NCBI GenBank assembly: GCA_963736375.1
Contig: CAVTOL010000038.1
Coordinates: forward strand, 70,274-134,273
Origin: an uncultured Actinomycetota bacterium
Lineage (GTDB): Bacteria; Actinomycetota; Actinomycetes; Mycobacteriales; Pseudonocardiaceae
Direction of reading: 5' to 3'
Length of the DNA stretch: 64,000 nucleotides
Shown: positions 44,106 to 54,234 of the stretch, in pieces
How the letters are laid out: the number at the start of each line of letters is the position of its first letter
Numbering within the stretch: the first letter of the stretch is position 1
Made by a program: the position numbers and the translations under genes
Notes under the pieces: generated by a model
Told to the model about the DNA's origin: nothing
Databases searched by the model: none
The model's input: only the letters and a program-made list of their open reading frames with translations

Positions 44106-45602
44106 GTGAGCGTGGCCCTCCCCGAGCTCCCCGACGACCGGCGGGCCCAGCCTTCGCGGCACGGCGTGAACGACGTGCCTTCCGGCTGGGAGCCGCCCGG
44201 AGCGCCGGGGCCGCCCGGTTTGCCCACTTCTCCGGCCCCGACCCGGCTGCCGTCCACGCCGTGGCCGGTGGGCGATGTCGCTCCTGCGCAGCCCGGGACC
44301 AATGGTCTCCCGCGCAACGGCCATGCCCCACCCGCACGTGGCAGGCCTCCGGCGACGAACGGGAGGGACATCGCCCGCTTCGCCGTCCCCGATGGCCCGG
44401 CCACGCATGCAGGGTCGCCGCCCGACGGCCCCAGCACCTGGCACGGGCCGCCGCCCGGTGGCCTGCACAGCGGGCGCCACCCGCTGCCACCTGCCGAGGG
44501 CGTCTCGGCGCCCGGCCGTATTCACAGCGACGTCCCGCCGCCGCGTCGCACCGGCCCGGCCGACGGGCCCGCACAGCAGGCGTGGAGCACCGGCGCCCAC
44601 CCGGCACCGGCCGGGTTCGGTTCCGGCCCTGGCGAGCCCGTGGAGCAGCCCACGGTGCCCAACGGCCTGGCCAAGGCCGTAGAACCCGCTGACGACGTGC
44701 CCGTCCTCCGGCGGCGCCGCAGGAGGACGGGCGAATCGCCAGACGAACGCCCCGCCTCCGCCTACCGAGAGCAGGCCGCCGCCGGGGGCCGCAAGGCCCG
44801 CGGCGGCAAGCGTCGCAGGCCGACGTTCTGGAAAGAACTGCCGATCCTCGTCGTTGTCGCACTGCTGCTGACGTTCCTCATCCAGACGTTCATCGCGAAG
44901 GTCTACGTGATCCCGTCCGGGTCGATGGAGACCACCCTGCACGGGTGCACCGGCTGCAACAACGACCGCGTGCTCGTCGACAAGATGACGTACCGGTTCT
45001 CGGACCCGACGCCGGGCGACGTCGTCGTCTTCCGCGGCCCGGACGGCTGGACCAGCGAATTCACGGCCGAGGAGCCCAACAACGTCGTCGTGCGCGCACT
45101 GCAGGGCCTCGGCTCGCTGATCGGCCTCGCCCCGCCCGACGAGAAGGACTTCATCAAGCGCGTCATCGCCGTCGGCGGGCAGACCGTGCAGTGCTGCGAC
45201 TCCCGCAACCGGGTACTCGTCGACGGCAAACCGCTCGACGAGCCCTACATCTACTTCCTCCCAGAGGCGGGTACGGCCCGGCAGGATGCGTTCGGGCCGG
45301 TCAAGGTGCCCGCGGGTGAGCTGTGGATGATGGGCGACAGCCGCAACAACTCGGCGGATTCCCGGGTGCCTGGGCACGGCCCCGTCCCGATCTCCAACGT
45401 CATCGGCCGGGCGCGTTTCATCGTGCTGCCGTTCGCCAGGGTCGGCACGATCCCGTCGCCCGATCCGCAGACGACGGCTGCGGCGCTGGGCGGCGACACC
45501 GGCGCCCCCGCCGCGCTCGGCATGATCGGCCTGCTCCCGCTCGTCGTCTTGCGGAGGCGGGAGCGTGAGCTGGGCGAGTTCCTGCCGCGGCGCCGGACGT
45601 GA
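44106..45602 (+). CDS. lepB: signal peptidase I with about 240-aa Pro-rich N-terminal extension
   Basis: ..[44 protein letters not shown].. catalytic boxes. The upstream region keeps high GC3 in frame. GTG start is uncertain. Confidence 0.85.
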   Translation: MSVALPELPDDRRAQPSRHGVNDVPSGWEPPGAPGPPGLPTSPAPTRLPSTPWPVGDVAPAQPGTNGLPRNGHAPPARGRPPATNGRDIARFAVPDGPATHAGSPPDGPSTWHGPPPGGLHSGRHPLPPAEGVSAPGRIHSDVPPPRRTGPADGPAQQAWSTGAHPAPAGFGSGPGEPVEQPTVPNGLAKAVEPADDVPVLRRRRRRTGESPDERPASAYREQAAAGGRKARGGKRRRPTFWKELPILVVVALLLTFLIQTFIAKVYVIPSGSMETTLHGCTGCNNDRVLVDKMTYRFSDPTPGDVVVFRGPDGWTSEFTAEEPNNVVVRALQGLGSLIGLAPPDEKDFIKRVIAVGGQTVQCCDSRNRVLVDGKPLDEPYIYFLPEAGTARQDAFGPVKVPAGELWMMGDSRNNSADSRVPGHGPVPISNVIGRARFIVLPFARVGTIPSPDPQTTAAALGGDTGAPAALGMIGLLPLVVLRRRERELGEFLPRRRT

Positions 45603-46387
45603 CCGCGGGCCAACGCCGTCCGTCCCGCAGGCCTCGCGTGCTGTTGCCCGCGGAGCTCCGCCCTGCGCGGGCCATCGTTCGCCGCTCCGCCGGGAGCTGG
45701 ACCCTCCAGACCACGCTGCACCGGCATGGGCTCGGCCCCGTCGCGGGCGTCGACGAGGCGGGGCGTGGGGCCTGCGCCGGGCCGCTCGTCGTCGCAGCCT
45801 GCGTCCTGCGACCCGGCGACGCGCGGCGCCTGGACGGTCTCACCGACTCCAAGCTGCTCACCCCTGCCGCGCGCGAGGAGTACTTCGGCCTGATCACGCG
45901 GTGGGCAGCCGACCTCTGCGTTGTGGTCATCCCGGTCGACGAGGTCGACCGGCGCGGCGTGCACGTCGCGAACATCGAGGGCATGCGACGCGCGGTCGCC
46001 GGGCTGGCCCGCCCGCCCGGTTACGTGCTCACCGACGGCTTCCCGGTGCGCGGCTTCGGCCGACCGACGCTCGCGGTGCCGAAGGGCGATCAGGTGGCGG
46101 CCTGCGTGGCGGCCGCCTCCGTGCTGGCCAAGGTCACCAGGGACCGCATGATGGTCGCGCTCGACGCCGAGCTTCCGCAGTACCGGTTCGCCGAGCACAA
46201 GGGCTACTGCACGCCCGTCCATGACGCCGCGCTCACCGAGCACGGTCCCAGCCCGGTGCATCGCTACTCGTTCGTGAACGTGCGGGGGGCGTGGGCCTCC
46301 CGGTTCGAGCTACCGAGCGCACTGGTCCAGAATGAACTGCTGCCGGTCGGGCCGTCCGACGCGGGAGAGGGAGGACTGGAACCGTGA
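45599..46387 (+). CDS. rnhB: ribonuclease HII
   Basis: ..[29 protein letters not shown].. motifs. Start overlaps the lepB stop. Confidence 0.9.
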   Translation: MTAGQRRPSRRPRVLLPAELRPARAIVRRSAGSWTLQTTLHRHGLGPVAGVDEAGRGACAGPLVVAACVLRPGDARRLDGLTDSKLLTPAAREEYFGLITRWAADLCVVVIPVDEVDRRGVHVANIEGMRRAVAGLARPPGYVLTDGFPVRGFGRPTLAVPKGDQVAACVAAASVLAKVTRDRMMVALDAELPQYRFAEHKGYCTPVHDAALTEHGPSPVHRYSFVNVRGAWASRFELPSALVQNELLPVGPSDAGEGGLEP

Positions 46388-46707
46388 GCGCCGAGGATCT
46401 CGAGAAGTACGAGACCGAGATGGAGCTCACGCTCTACAAGGAGTACCGGGACATCGTGTCCCAGTTCTCCTACGTCGTGGAGACCGAGCGCCGCTTCTAC
46501 CTCGCGAACTCGGTCGACGTCACGCCCCGCAACCCGGACGGCGAGATCTACTTCGAGGTCCGGATGTCCGACGCCTGGGTCTGGGACATGTACCGGCCTG
46601 CCAGGTTCGTCAAGAACGTGCGGGTGCTGACGTTCAAGGACGTCAACATCGAGGAGCTGGACAAGCCCGATCTGCGGCTGCCGGAGGGCAACCAGTTCGG
46701 CTCCTGA
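46384..46707 (+). CDS. DUF2469 family protein
   Basis: [42 protein letters not shown].., a conserved actinobacterial protein after rnhB. Confidence 0.85.
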   Translation: MSAEDLEKYETEMELTLYKEYRDIVSQFSYVVETERRFYLANSVDVTPRNPDGEIYFEVRMSDAWVWDMYRPARFVKNVRVLTFKDVNIEELDKPDLRLPEGNQFGS

Positions 46708-46827
46708 GCGGAGCTTGCTGGAGCGCACATCGGCGCTGAGCGGGGCTGCGGAGCGAACATCGGCGCTGAGCGGAGCTTGCGGAGCGAACATCGGCGCTGA
46801 GCGGAGCTTGCGGAGCGAACATCGGCC
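46704..46827. repeat. tandem minisatellite, 4 units of 30-32 bp (ctgagcggagcttgcggagcgaacatcggcg)
   Basis: Units at 46704-46735, 46736-46765, 46766-46796 and 46797-46827. The first unit contains the DUF2469 stop TGA (46705-46707). Confidence 0.9.
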
Positions 46828-46831
46828 CCGA

Positions 46832-46872
46832 GTTGTCCACATCGCGCTCGGCTGTCCACAGATTGTGACAAC
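46832..46872. promoter_or_regulatory. DnaA-box-like cluster / inverted repeat upstream of yraN
   Basis: TTGTCCACA (46833-46841, perfect actinomycete DnaA-box consensus), CTGTCCACA (46852-46860), and TTGTGACAA (46863-46871). The outer GTTGTC..GACAAC are inverted. Confidence 0.3.
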
Positions 46873-46910
46873 CCGGCCCGAGCGGCGCGCTGCCGCGCCA
46901 TCGTGGAGCC

Positions 46911-47267
46911 ATGGCAGCGAAGGACGCCCTCGGTAGACGGGGCGAGGATCTCGCGGCGGCGTACCTCACCGAGCAGGGCCTCGTGGTGCTCGACCGCAAC
47001 TGGCGCTGTCGGCTCGGCGAGCTCGACATCGTGGCCACCGATTCCGCCCGGCTGGTGGTGTGCGAGGTCAAGACGCGGTCGAGCACCCGCTACGGCCTGC
47101 CCGCCGAGGCGGTCGACGCGCGGAAGGCCCGCCGCATCCGGCACATCGCAGGCGCGTGGCTCGCGGCCCACCACGTCCCGTGGGTGGAGGTGCGCTACGA
47201 CGTGCTCGCGGTGCTCGCCGAGCCCGGCGCACCGGTCCGGGTGCACCACTACGAGGCGGCATTCTGA
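46911..47267 (+). CDS. yraN: YraN family (UPF0102) endonuclease-like protein
   Basis: ..GRRGEDLAAAYL..GLVVLDRNWRCRLGELDIVA..LVVCEVKTR.. Confidence 0.88.
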   Translation: MAAKDALGRRGEDLAAAYLTEQGLVVLDRNWRCRLGELDIVATDSARLVVCEVKTRSSTRYGLPAEAVDARKARRIRHIAGAWLAAHHVPWVEVRYDVLAVLAEPGAPVRVHHYEAAF

Positions 47268-48778
47268 TGGGCCTGGCGCGCACCTGGTCGGTGGCCCTGC
47301 TCGGGGTCGCAGGGCATCTGGTGGAGATCGAGTCGGATGTCGGGGGTGGGCTGCCCGGCATCCATCTCGTCGGGCTGCCGGACGCCGCGCTGCACGAGGC
47401 GAAGGACCGCGTCAGGGCGGCGGTGGTCAACTCCGGCTGGCCGTGGCCGAACGAACGGATCGTTCTGGCGCTGTCGCCCGCCATGCTGCGCAAGGCCGGG
47501 AGCGGGTTCGACTTGGCGCTGGCGTGCGCTGTCCTCGCGGCCGACGGGATCCTGCCCCAGCCTGCGTTGAACGGCACCGTGTTGCTGGGCGAGCTGGCGC
47601 TGGACGGGCGGCTGCGGCCGGTCCGCGGGGTGCTGCCCTGTCTGCTCGCCGCTCGCGCGGCGGGCGTCGCTCGGGTGGTCGTGCCCGCGGCAGCGCTGGC
47701 TGAGGCATCGCTCGTCAACGGCCTGGAGGTGTACGGGGCGGCCACCTTGGCCGAGGTGCTGGGTTGGCTCCAAGGGGAGCTGGAGCTGCGGCGGCCGAGC
47801 CCTCGTCCGGCGCCGGTTGCGGAGGAGCCGCAGCTCGATCTCGCGGACGTCGTCGGGCAGGACGATGCGCGGCACGCCTGCGAGATCGCCGCGGCGGGAG
47901 GCCACCACATGCTGCTCGTCGGGCCACCGGGCACCGGCAAGACGATGCTGGCCCAGCGCTTCGTCGGACTCCTGCCACGGCTCGACGCATCGGCGGCGCT
48001 GGCGCTGGCTTCGATCAGGTCCGCCGCCGGGCGGCTGCCCGATTCCGGAGTGCTCACCACCGTGCCCCCGCTGGTCGCACCGCACCACTCCACGTCGATG
48101 GCGGCACTCATCGGCGGTGGCAGCGGCCTGCCCCGCCCCGGAGCCGCCTCGATGGCCCATCGGGGCGTGCTCTTCCTGGACGAAGCCCCCGAGTGGGCGC
48201 CCCACCTCCTCGATGCGCTGCGCACCCCGCTGGAGGAGGGCACGGTCCGGCTGTCGCGGGCCGAGGGCACGATCGAGTACCCGGCGCGGTTCCAACTGGT
48301 GCTCGCCGCCAACCCGTGCCCCTGTGCGCCCGCGCACGATCGCGACTGCGTGTGCCCCTCGCTCGTGCGGCGCCGCTACCTCGGTCGCTTGTCCGGGCCG
48401 CTGCTCGACCGGGTCGACCTGCGGGCACGAATGATGCCGATCACCACGTTGGCGACGATCGCGCATCCCACCGAGAGCACGGCGACCGTGCGGAGCCGGG
48501 TGATCGCGGCGCGGCAGGCGGCCGCGACACGCTGGGCCGAGCACGGCTGGGCCACGAATGCCGAAGTGCCGGGCCCGGTCCTCCGCACGCGGTTCGCGCT
48601 GCCCGCAGGCGTTGTCCGGCCGCTGGACTCGGCGCTGCGCGCGGGTGCGGTCACCGCGCGCGGCGCCGACCGGGCCTTGCGGGTGGCCTGGACGCTGGCT
48701 GACCTCGTCGGAAGGGATCGCCCCGAACGGGAGCACGTCGAGACCGCGCTGTTCTTCCGCGACCGGAGGGCGGCATGA
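47267..48778 (+). CDS. YifB/ComM family Mg-chelatase-like ATPase
   Basis: MGLARTWSVALLGVAGHLVEIE.. Lon-like N-terminus and an AAA+ core (GPPGTGKTML). TGATG overlap with yraN. Confidence 0.92.
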   Translation: MGLARTWSVALLGVAGHLVEIESDVGGGLPGIHLVGLPDAALHEAKDRVRAAVVNSGWPWPNERIVLALSPAMLRKAGSGFDLALACAVLAADGILPQPALNGTVLLGELALDGRLRPVRGVLPCLLAARAAGVARVVVPAAALAEASLVNGLEVYGAATLAEVLGWLQGELELRRPSPRPAPVAEEPQLDLADVVGQDDARHACEIAAAGGHHMLLVGPPGTGKTMLAQRFVGLLPRLDASAALALASIRSAAGRLPDSGVLTTVPPLVAPHHSTSMAALIGGGSGLPRPGAASMAHRGVLFLDEAPEWAPHLLDALRTPLEEGTVRLSRAEGTIEYPARFQLVLAANPCPCAPAHDRDCVCPSLVRRRYLGRLSGPLLDRVDLRARMMPITTLATIAHPTESTATVRSRVIAARQAAATRWAEHGWATNAEVPGPVLRTRFALPAGVVRPLDSALRAGAVTARGADRALRVAWTLADLVGRDRPEREHVETALFFRDRRAA

Positions 48779-50190
48779 GCGCGGCACCCGGCCCTGCTGA
48801 GGAGGTGGCAGGCCGGGCGACGGAGGTACCGGGTTCGGCCGGGGCGGTGCCGGGGCCGAGCGAGGAGGTGCTGCAGGCCCGGGCCTACCTGTCCCGGGTG
48901 GCCGAGCCGCCCGCGCCCGCCATGGCTTGGCTCGTCGCGGCCGTCGGGCCGGTGGAGGCGGCCGCGCGGGTCAGGGCGGGAGCCGTGCCGGAGGGTGTCG
49001 CACGGGAGACCGCGGCTCGCCGCGCCGTCGACCGCGTCGACGAGGACCTCGCGCTCGCCAGGGCTTGCGGCGGGCGGCTCCTCACTCCCGAGCACTCGGG
49101 GTGGCCGCACTGGGTCTTCGCGGCGTTGGACAACGCCGCCTACGGCACGCCCCATGATGTGCCGCCTACTGGCGGCTCGGCCGGTGACGACTGGGCCCAT
49201 GACGACCCGCCTCGCAGCGGGCCACCGCCAAGTGGCGCATCCGACGGCCGCGGCCTACGCCTCCGCACCGCGGTGGGTGGCGGCGAGAGCATGGCCTTGG
49301 GACCGCGCCGAGGCCGGATCGGGGCCGCCGCCCGGCCTGCACGCGGGGAGCTGGCGGCGCCGATCGCGCTGTGGGTGCGCGGGTCGGGTGCGCTCGCCGA
49401 GCGTTGCGACCAAGCGGCGGCAATCGTGGGGGCGCGAGCGGCCACGGGCTACGGCCTGCACATGGCGGGCGAGCTCGGCGCCGGACTGGCAGCGGCCGGG
49501 TTCACGGTGGTCTCCGGCGCCGCGATCGGTATCGACGGCGCCGCACACCGAGGGGCGCTCGCCGCCGCAGGCCCGACGGTCGCCGTGTTGGCCTGTGGTG
49601 TCGACCGCAGCTATCCCGCAGCGCACGAGGCGTTGCTCGAGTTGATCGCGGCCGAGGGGTTGGTCGTGTCGGAGTACCCACCCGGATCCGTGCCCGCCCG
49701 GCACCGATTCCTGGTTCGCAACCGGCTCATCGCGGGCCTTGCTGCTGGCACGGTCGTGGTGGAAGCCGGGCTGCGCAGCGGCGCACAGCGCACGGCCGCC
49801 GACGCCCGCGCGCTCGGCCGACCGGTGATGGCGGTACCGGGCCCGGCTACCTCCGGCCGCTCCGCGGGCTGTCACGGCATGATCCGCGACGGCGCGATCC
49901 TGGTCACCCGCGTCGAGGAGGTGCTGGAGGAGGTTGGCCGCATCGGCCAGTACCTCGCGGAGGACCCCCCGGCCGGGGGTGCGCGGCCCACCGACGGGCT
50001 CAGCGCCCTCGCGGCTGTCGTCCACGACGCCCTGCCAGCGCGGGCCGCGCACGGGGTCGCGTGGCTCGCCGCCGAGGCCGGTGTGCCGCCCAACGCGGTG
50101 CGCGCGGCACTGGACGAACTCGTCCGCCGGGAGCTGGTCGAGCACGTCGGCGGTCGATGGCAGCGGCCGCTCGGCGGGCGACCAACATGA
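48775..50190 (+). CDS. dprA: DNA-processing protein DprA
   Basis: ..GARAATGYGLHMAGELGAGLAAAGFTVVSGAAIGIDGAAHRGAL..VLACGVDRSYP.. Rossmann core, with about 70 extra residues before ..PIALWVRG.. Confidence 0.9.
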   Translation: MSAAPGPAEEVAGRATEVPGSAGAVPGPSEEVLQARAYLSRVAEPPAPAMAWLVAAVGPVEAAARVRAGAVPEGVARETAARRAVDRVDEDLALARACGGRLLTPEHSGWPHWVFAALDNAAYGTPHDVPPTGGSAGDDWAHDDPPRSGPPPSGASDGRGLRLRTAVGGGESMALGPRRGRIGAAARPARGELAAPIALWVRGSGALAERCDQAAAIVGARAATGYGLHMAGELGAGLAAAGFTVVSGAAIGIDGAAHRGALAAAGPTVAVLACGVDRSYPAAHEALLELIAAEGLVVSEYPPGSVPARHRFLVRNRLIAGLAAGTVVVEAGLRSGAQRTAADARALGRPVMAVPGPATSGRSAGCHGMIRDGAILVTRVEEVLEEVGRIGQYLAEDPPAGGARPTDGLSALAAVVHDALPARAAHGVAWLAAEAGVPPNAVRAALDELVRRELVEHVGGRWQRPLGGRPT

Positions 50191-50241
50191 TCGCCATCGC
50201 GGAGTCCACGCTCGCGCGAGCGCGGCCCCGCGACCACGGGT

Positions 50242-51294
50242 GTGGGCGGTCTCACCGCGCCCATCTCCACGAGCGCCCCGGACGTCAGCCTCGCCCGCCG
50301 TGAGAGGTTTGCCGCTCGCGTTGGGGCACGCCGCGTGGCGGTGCTTGACCTCAGGTCGTCGACGTCAGACTGTCTGCCGGTGCCCCCCGCGCCGGAGCTC
50401 AGGCCCACCGTTGCCGCGCTGTTGGCGGAGTTCCTCCGGTACCTCACGCTGGAACGTGGCCGGTCGGCGCACACCGTGCGGGCGTACCGCGCGGATCTCA
50501 TACCGTTGTTGTCGGGCCTCGATGACATCGCCGCGCTCGACCTGGCGGCGCTGCGCCGCTGGCTCGCCGAGGGGCACGCCGCTCATGCCAGCCGGTCCAC
50601 ACTCGCGCGACGGGCCGCGGCGGCACGCACCTTCACCGGCTGGGCCCATCGCGTTGGACACCTGTCCATCGACCCCGGTGTACGGCTCGTTTCGCCGAGG
50701 CCGCGCCGCGCGCTGCCGACCGTGCTCGCACCGGAGCAGGCCGCTGCCGTGCTTGACGCCGCAGGCACGGGGGCCGAGGAGGGCGCCCCGCTGGCCTTGC
50801 GCGACCTCACGGTGCTGGAGTTGCTTTACGCCACCGGCGTGCGGGTGGCGGAGCTGTGCGGCCTCGACCTCGACGACATCGATACCGGCCGCCGGACGTT
50901 GCGCGTGCTCGGCAAGGGTGCCAGGGAACGTACGGTCGTCTACGGCGCGCCGGCCTCGGCGGCTCTTGACCGGTGGCTTGCTGCAGGTCGACCGCGGCTC
51001 GTCACCCCGACCTCGCCTCCCGCACTGTTGCTCGGAGCCCGCGGGAAGCGCCTGGACCCACGGGTGGCGCGTGGCGTTGTGCATCGGGCGGCCGCCGCCA
51101 TACCCGGTGTTCCGGACGTCGGGCCGCACGGCCTCCGGCACGCCGCGGCGACGCACATGATGGAGGGCGGCGCGGACCTCCGTTACGTACAGGAGTTGCT
51201 CGGTCACGCTAAGCTAGCGACCACACAGCTCTACACGCATGTGACGGTCGAACGGCTGAAGGTGGTCCATGAGCAGGCGCATCCACGGGCGTGA
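50242..51294 (+). CDS. xerC: tyrosine recombinase XerC
   Basis: ..[26 protein letters not shown].., ..[39 protein letters not shown].. The start is uncertain and may be internal. Confidence 0.9.
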   Translation: MGGLTAPISTSAPDVSLARRERFAARVGARRVAVLDLRSSTSDCLPVPPAPELRPTVAALLAEFLRYLTLERGRSAHTVRAYRADLIPLLSGLDDIAALDLAALRRWLAEGHAAHASRSTLARRAAAARTFTGWAHRVGHLSIDPGVRLVSPRPRRALPTVLAPEQAAAVLDAAGTGAEEGAPLALRDLTVLELLYATGVRVAELCGLDLDDIDTGRRTLRVLGKGARERTVVYGAPASAALDRWLAAGRPRLVTPTSPPALLLGARGKRLDPRVARGVVHRAAAAIPGVPDVGPHGLRHAAATHMMEGGADLRYVQELLGHAKLATTQLYTHVTVERLKVVHEQAHPRA

Positions 51295-52141
51295 GCCCCT
51301 GCACGCCGGGTCTGTGCAGCTCAGAGCGTGGCGAGGGCCGATCGTTTCGACCCAGGTGCGCGCACTTCCCCCGCAGGCAGACGACACCGATCCGGATTCG
51401 GCGGCTGCCGAGCGACTCGACGAGCAATGGACGGATTATCTCGCGGCGCCAACCCGCCACGCCCGCGACAGGCTCGTCGTGCGGTACACCCCGCTCGTGC
51501 GGGTCGTGGCGCATCGGGTGATCGTGGGGCTACCCACGCACGTCGACCACGCCGACCTCACCCAGAGCGGCATCTTCGGTCTCATCGACGCGATTGAGCG
51601 CTTCGACCCGCAGCGCTGCCCGCGCTTCGAGAGCTTCGCCGTGCAACGGATCCGCGGCGCGATCCTGGACGAGCTGCGCGCCCAGGACTGGGTGCCCCGC
51701 ACCGTACGGGGCCGGGTCCGCGAGCTCGAACGGGCTCAGGAGCGACTTGAGCGGCGTCTCCAGCGTGCTGCGACCGACCGCGAGGTCGCCGCCGAAATGC
51801 ACCTGCCGCTCCGCGACGTTCAGGGTTTGATCCGGCAGGTGCAGGTGCTGAGCGTGGAGGCACTCGACGAGATCGGGGGCGGCGTTTCGGAGCTCTTCAC
51901 CGACGCGGCGCCCGATCCGATGGCCGTCGTGCAGGCGCGGGAGACAATGCGACAGCTCAACACCGCCGTGGCCGGGCTCGGTGAGCGGGACCGGACGGTC
52001 ATCCAGCTCTACTACCTGGAAAACCGGACGCTCGCCGAGATCGGCCGGATGCTCGGGGTGACCGAGTCGCGGGTGTGCCAGCTGCACGCCCGCCTCGTGG
52101 GGCGGCTGCGTGGCAGGCTCGACGAGCTGGCGCGGACCTGA
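51269..52141 (+). CDS. whiG: FliA/WhiG family RNA polymerase sigma factor
   Basis: ..[36 protein letters not shown].. (region 2) and ..[23 protein letters not shown].. (region 4). An alternative GTG start is at 51356. Confidence 0.85.
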   Translation: MSRRIHGREPLHAGSVQLRAWRGPIVSTQVRALPPQADDTDPDSAAAERLDEQWTDYLAAPTRHARDRLVVRYTPLVRVVAHRVIVGLPTHVDHADLTQSGIFGLIDAIERFDPQRCPRFESFAVQRIRGAILDELRAQDWVPRTVRGRVRELERAQERLERRLQRAATDREVAAEMHLPLRDVQGLIRQVQVLSVEALDEIGGGVSELFTDAAPDPMAVVQARETMRQLNTAVAGLGERDRTVIQLYYLENRTLAEIGRMLGVTESRVCQLHARLVGRLRGRLDELART

Positions 52142-52142
52142 C

Positions 52143-52967
52143 TCACGGGTCTGGCCAGGGGTCCGGCACGGGCAGCAGACGAACCCACGGCGGGCGGAGC
52201 AAGACGAGCGGATCGAGGTACTCCAGTCGATCGCGCCGCACACCCCAGTGCAGGCAGGCCGACGCGCAGCCGCGATGGCCCGTAGCCAGGGCACCGAGCA
52301 CATCGCCGGTCGCCACCACCGCACCCGCGAGAACGACGGGCATGAGCGGCTCATAGGTCGTGCGCAGGCCGTCGTCGTGCTGGACCGACACCACACCCTT
52401 CCCCGCGACGAGACCCGCGAAGACCACCGTGCCCCCGCGCGCCGCCAGCACCGGTTGACCAACGGTCCCGGCGAGGTCGACGCCCCGATGGCCCGGCCCG
52501 AATGGATCCTCCGGCGCTCCGAACGGCGTGAGTACGGCGGGCGGCGGGCGCAGCGGCCAGGTGTACCGGGGCTCGTCCACGGGTGCTTCGACCTCGATCG
52601 GCGCCCCGCCGCCCTCCAGAAGCGGCGGTGGGGCGGAGGCAGGGGCGAGGGTTGCGGGCGGGCCCGCTCCGGTGGTGCGCGGTGGCGGCGTAGGGGGGTC
52701 GAGCCGGGCCGTCGGCGCTGTGGGCGGGCCCGCTCCGGTGGTGCGCGGTGGTGTACGAGGTGGGACGGCGTTGGGGGCGGCGACCGGCGCAGCGGCGGGT
52801 ACGGCGGCGGTGGCTGGCGGGGCGTCGGCGGCCGGCGCAGCATTGGCGACCCACGCGGCGGTGGCGGGGCCGCTCGGCGAGGCGGCTGATGGGGCCGCGA
52901 TCACCACCGTGACCACCGCAGGCAGAACCACCCGCCGCAACGCCGCCCATACCGGTCGAAGACCCAT
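52143..52967 (-). CDS. M23 family metallopeptidase, secreted
   Basis: Signal peptide MGLRPVWAALRRVVLPAVVTVVIAAPSAAS, a Pro-rich repeat, ..GPGHRGVDLAG..GKGVVSVQHDDGLRTTYEP..LHWG.. The upstream part of the 398-aa track ORF was rejected. Confidence 0.8.
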   Translation of the reverse strand: MGLRPVWAALRRVVLPAVVTVVIAAPSAASPSGPATAAWVANAAPAADAPPATAAVPAAAPVAAPNAVPPRTPPRTTGAGPPTAPTARLDPPTPPPRTTGAGPPATLAPASAPPPLLEGGGAPIEVEAPVDEPRYTWPLRPPPAVLTPFGAPEDPFGPGHRGVDLAGTVGQPVLAARGGTVVFAGLVAGKGVVSVQHDDGLRTTYEPLMPVVLAGAVVATGDVLGALATGHRGCASACLHWGVRRDRLEYLDPLVLLRPPWVRLLPVPDPWPDP

Positions 52968-53017
52968 GGGGCCGAGCCTCGCGTGCCCAGCCGCCGACCG
53001 GGGCCGATTCGTCCGAT

Positions 53018-53046
53018 CTGTGGATCGCAGCGCGCGATGTGGACAA
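53018..53046. promoter_or_regulatory. DnaA-box-like pair in the M23 / rpsB divergent region
   Basis: TGTGGACAA (53038-53046, perfect complement of TTGTCCACA) and TGTGGATCG (53018-53026), both in the same orientation. Confidence 0.25.
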
Positions 53047-53322
53047 CCGAGCCCGGATGGCCGACGCCGCGCGAACCCGGTCCACCGCCACGCGTACACT
53101 CGACGTGCGCCCCGCAGCTGACTGGGGTGACTTCGCGCGCCCGCGTAACCGACATGTCCCGGCCAGACCGAGGCAGTGCCGGAACGGCGGCCGGGCGGTC
53201 CCGTCTCGATGGGTCCGGCCGCCGGCACGGACGCCAGGGCGGTGCCGCCTGCCGGCGCGCCGCAGCCAACCGCGCGCGCCCGCCCCGGCGGTCGCGCCCC
53301 GAACGGAAGGGTGTCACCGGCG

Positions 53323-54207
53323 ATGGCCGTCGTCACCATGAAGCAACTGCTGGATTCCGGCGTGCATTTCGGGCATCAGACCCGGCGCTGGAATCCGAAG
53401 ATGAAGCGCTACATCCTCACCGAGCGCAACGGCATCTACATCATCGACCTGCAGCAGACGCTGTCCTACATCGACCGCGCGTACGAGTTCGTGCGCGAGA
53501 CCGTCGCGCACGGCGGCACGATCATGTTCGTCGGCACCAAGAAGCAGGCCCAGGAGGCCATCGCCGACGAGGCGGGCCGGGTCAACATGCCGTTCGTCAA
53601 CCAGCGCTGGCTCGGCGGGATGCTCACCAACTTCCAGACCGTGCACAAGCGCCTCCAGCGCATGAAGGAGCTGGAGACGATGGAGCAGACGGGGGGCTTC
53701 GAGGGTCGCACCAAGAAGGAGATCCTCATGCTCACCCGCGAGAAGACGAAGCTGGAGAAGACTCTCGGCGGTATCCGGGACATGACCAAGGTCCCGAGCG
53801 CCATCTGGGTCGTCGACACGAAGAAGGAGCACATCGCCGTCGGCGAAGCCCGCAAGCTGGGCATCCCGGTCGTGTCGATCCTCGACACCAACTGCGATCC
53901 CGACGAGGTCGACTACCCGATCCCGGGCAACGACGACGCCATCCGCTCGGCCGCGCTGCTCACCAAGGTGATCGCGCGCGCCGCCGCTGACGGCCTCATG
54001 GCGCGCTCGGCCCGCAGCGGTGGCGGTGACGACAAGCCCGAGGGCGTCGCCGCCGACGAGCCGCTCGCCGAGTGGGAGCGCGACCTGCTGCCCGCAGGTG
54101 CCGGTTCGGACGGCGCGAGCCTCACCGACGCAGGCACCGTCGATGCGCCCGGTGCGGCCACTTCGTCGGCCCCGGTCTCCACCAGCAACGGCGCCAGCGC
54201 GAGCTGA
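53323..54207 (+). CDS. rpsB: 30S ribosomal protein S2
   Basis: [31 protein letters not shown].. with an acidic/Ala-rich C-terminal tail. Confidence 0.95.
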   Translation: MAVVTMKQLLDSGVHFGHQTRRWNPKMKRYILTERNGIYIIDLQQTLSYIDRAYEFVRETVAHGGTIMFVGTKKQAQEAIADEAGRVNMPFVNQRWLGGMLTNFQTVHKRLQRMKELETMEQTGGFEGRTKKEILMLTREKTKLEKTLGGIRDMTKVPSAIWVVDTKKEHIAVGEARKLGIPVVSILDTNCDPDEVDYPIPGNDDAIRSAALLTKVIARAAADGLMARSARSGGGDDKPEGVAADEPLAEWERDLLPAGAGSDGASLTDAGTVDAPGAATSSAPVSTSNGASAS

Positions 54208-54234
54208 CGCGAAAGGAACGAAGAGGCAATCGAG

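Noticed and set aside
46832-46872. DnaA-box cluster as a chromosomal origin (oriC)
   Set aside because: Only 2-3 boxes are present, there is no AT-rich unwinding element, and no dnaA/dnaN/rpmH context. It is kept only as a possible regulatory or titration site.
50242-51294. Tyrosine recombinase as the integrase of a mobile element
   Set aside because: The sequence and context (after dprA, before whiG/rpsB) match housekeeping XerC. There are no flanking tRNA, att-like repeats or phage/plasmid genes.
52968-53322. c-di-AMP (ydaO-type) riboswitch upstream of the M23 peptidase
   Set aside because: Some short resemblances exist (GGGGUGAcUUC on one strand, GUCAGCU and GGACCCA on the other). However, they lie on inconsistent strands and in inconsistent order, and I cannot reconstruct the conserved pseudo-symmetric core by eye. 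A covariance-model scan is needed.
52143-53339. Full 398-aa version of the M23 peptidase ORF
   Set aside because: Residues upstream of MGLRPVW are Arg/Gly/Pro-rich. They would precede, not constitute, the obvious signal peptide, so the start was placed at ATG 52967.
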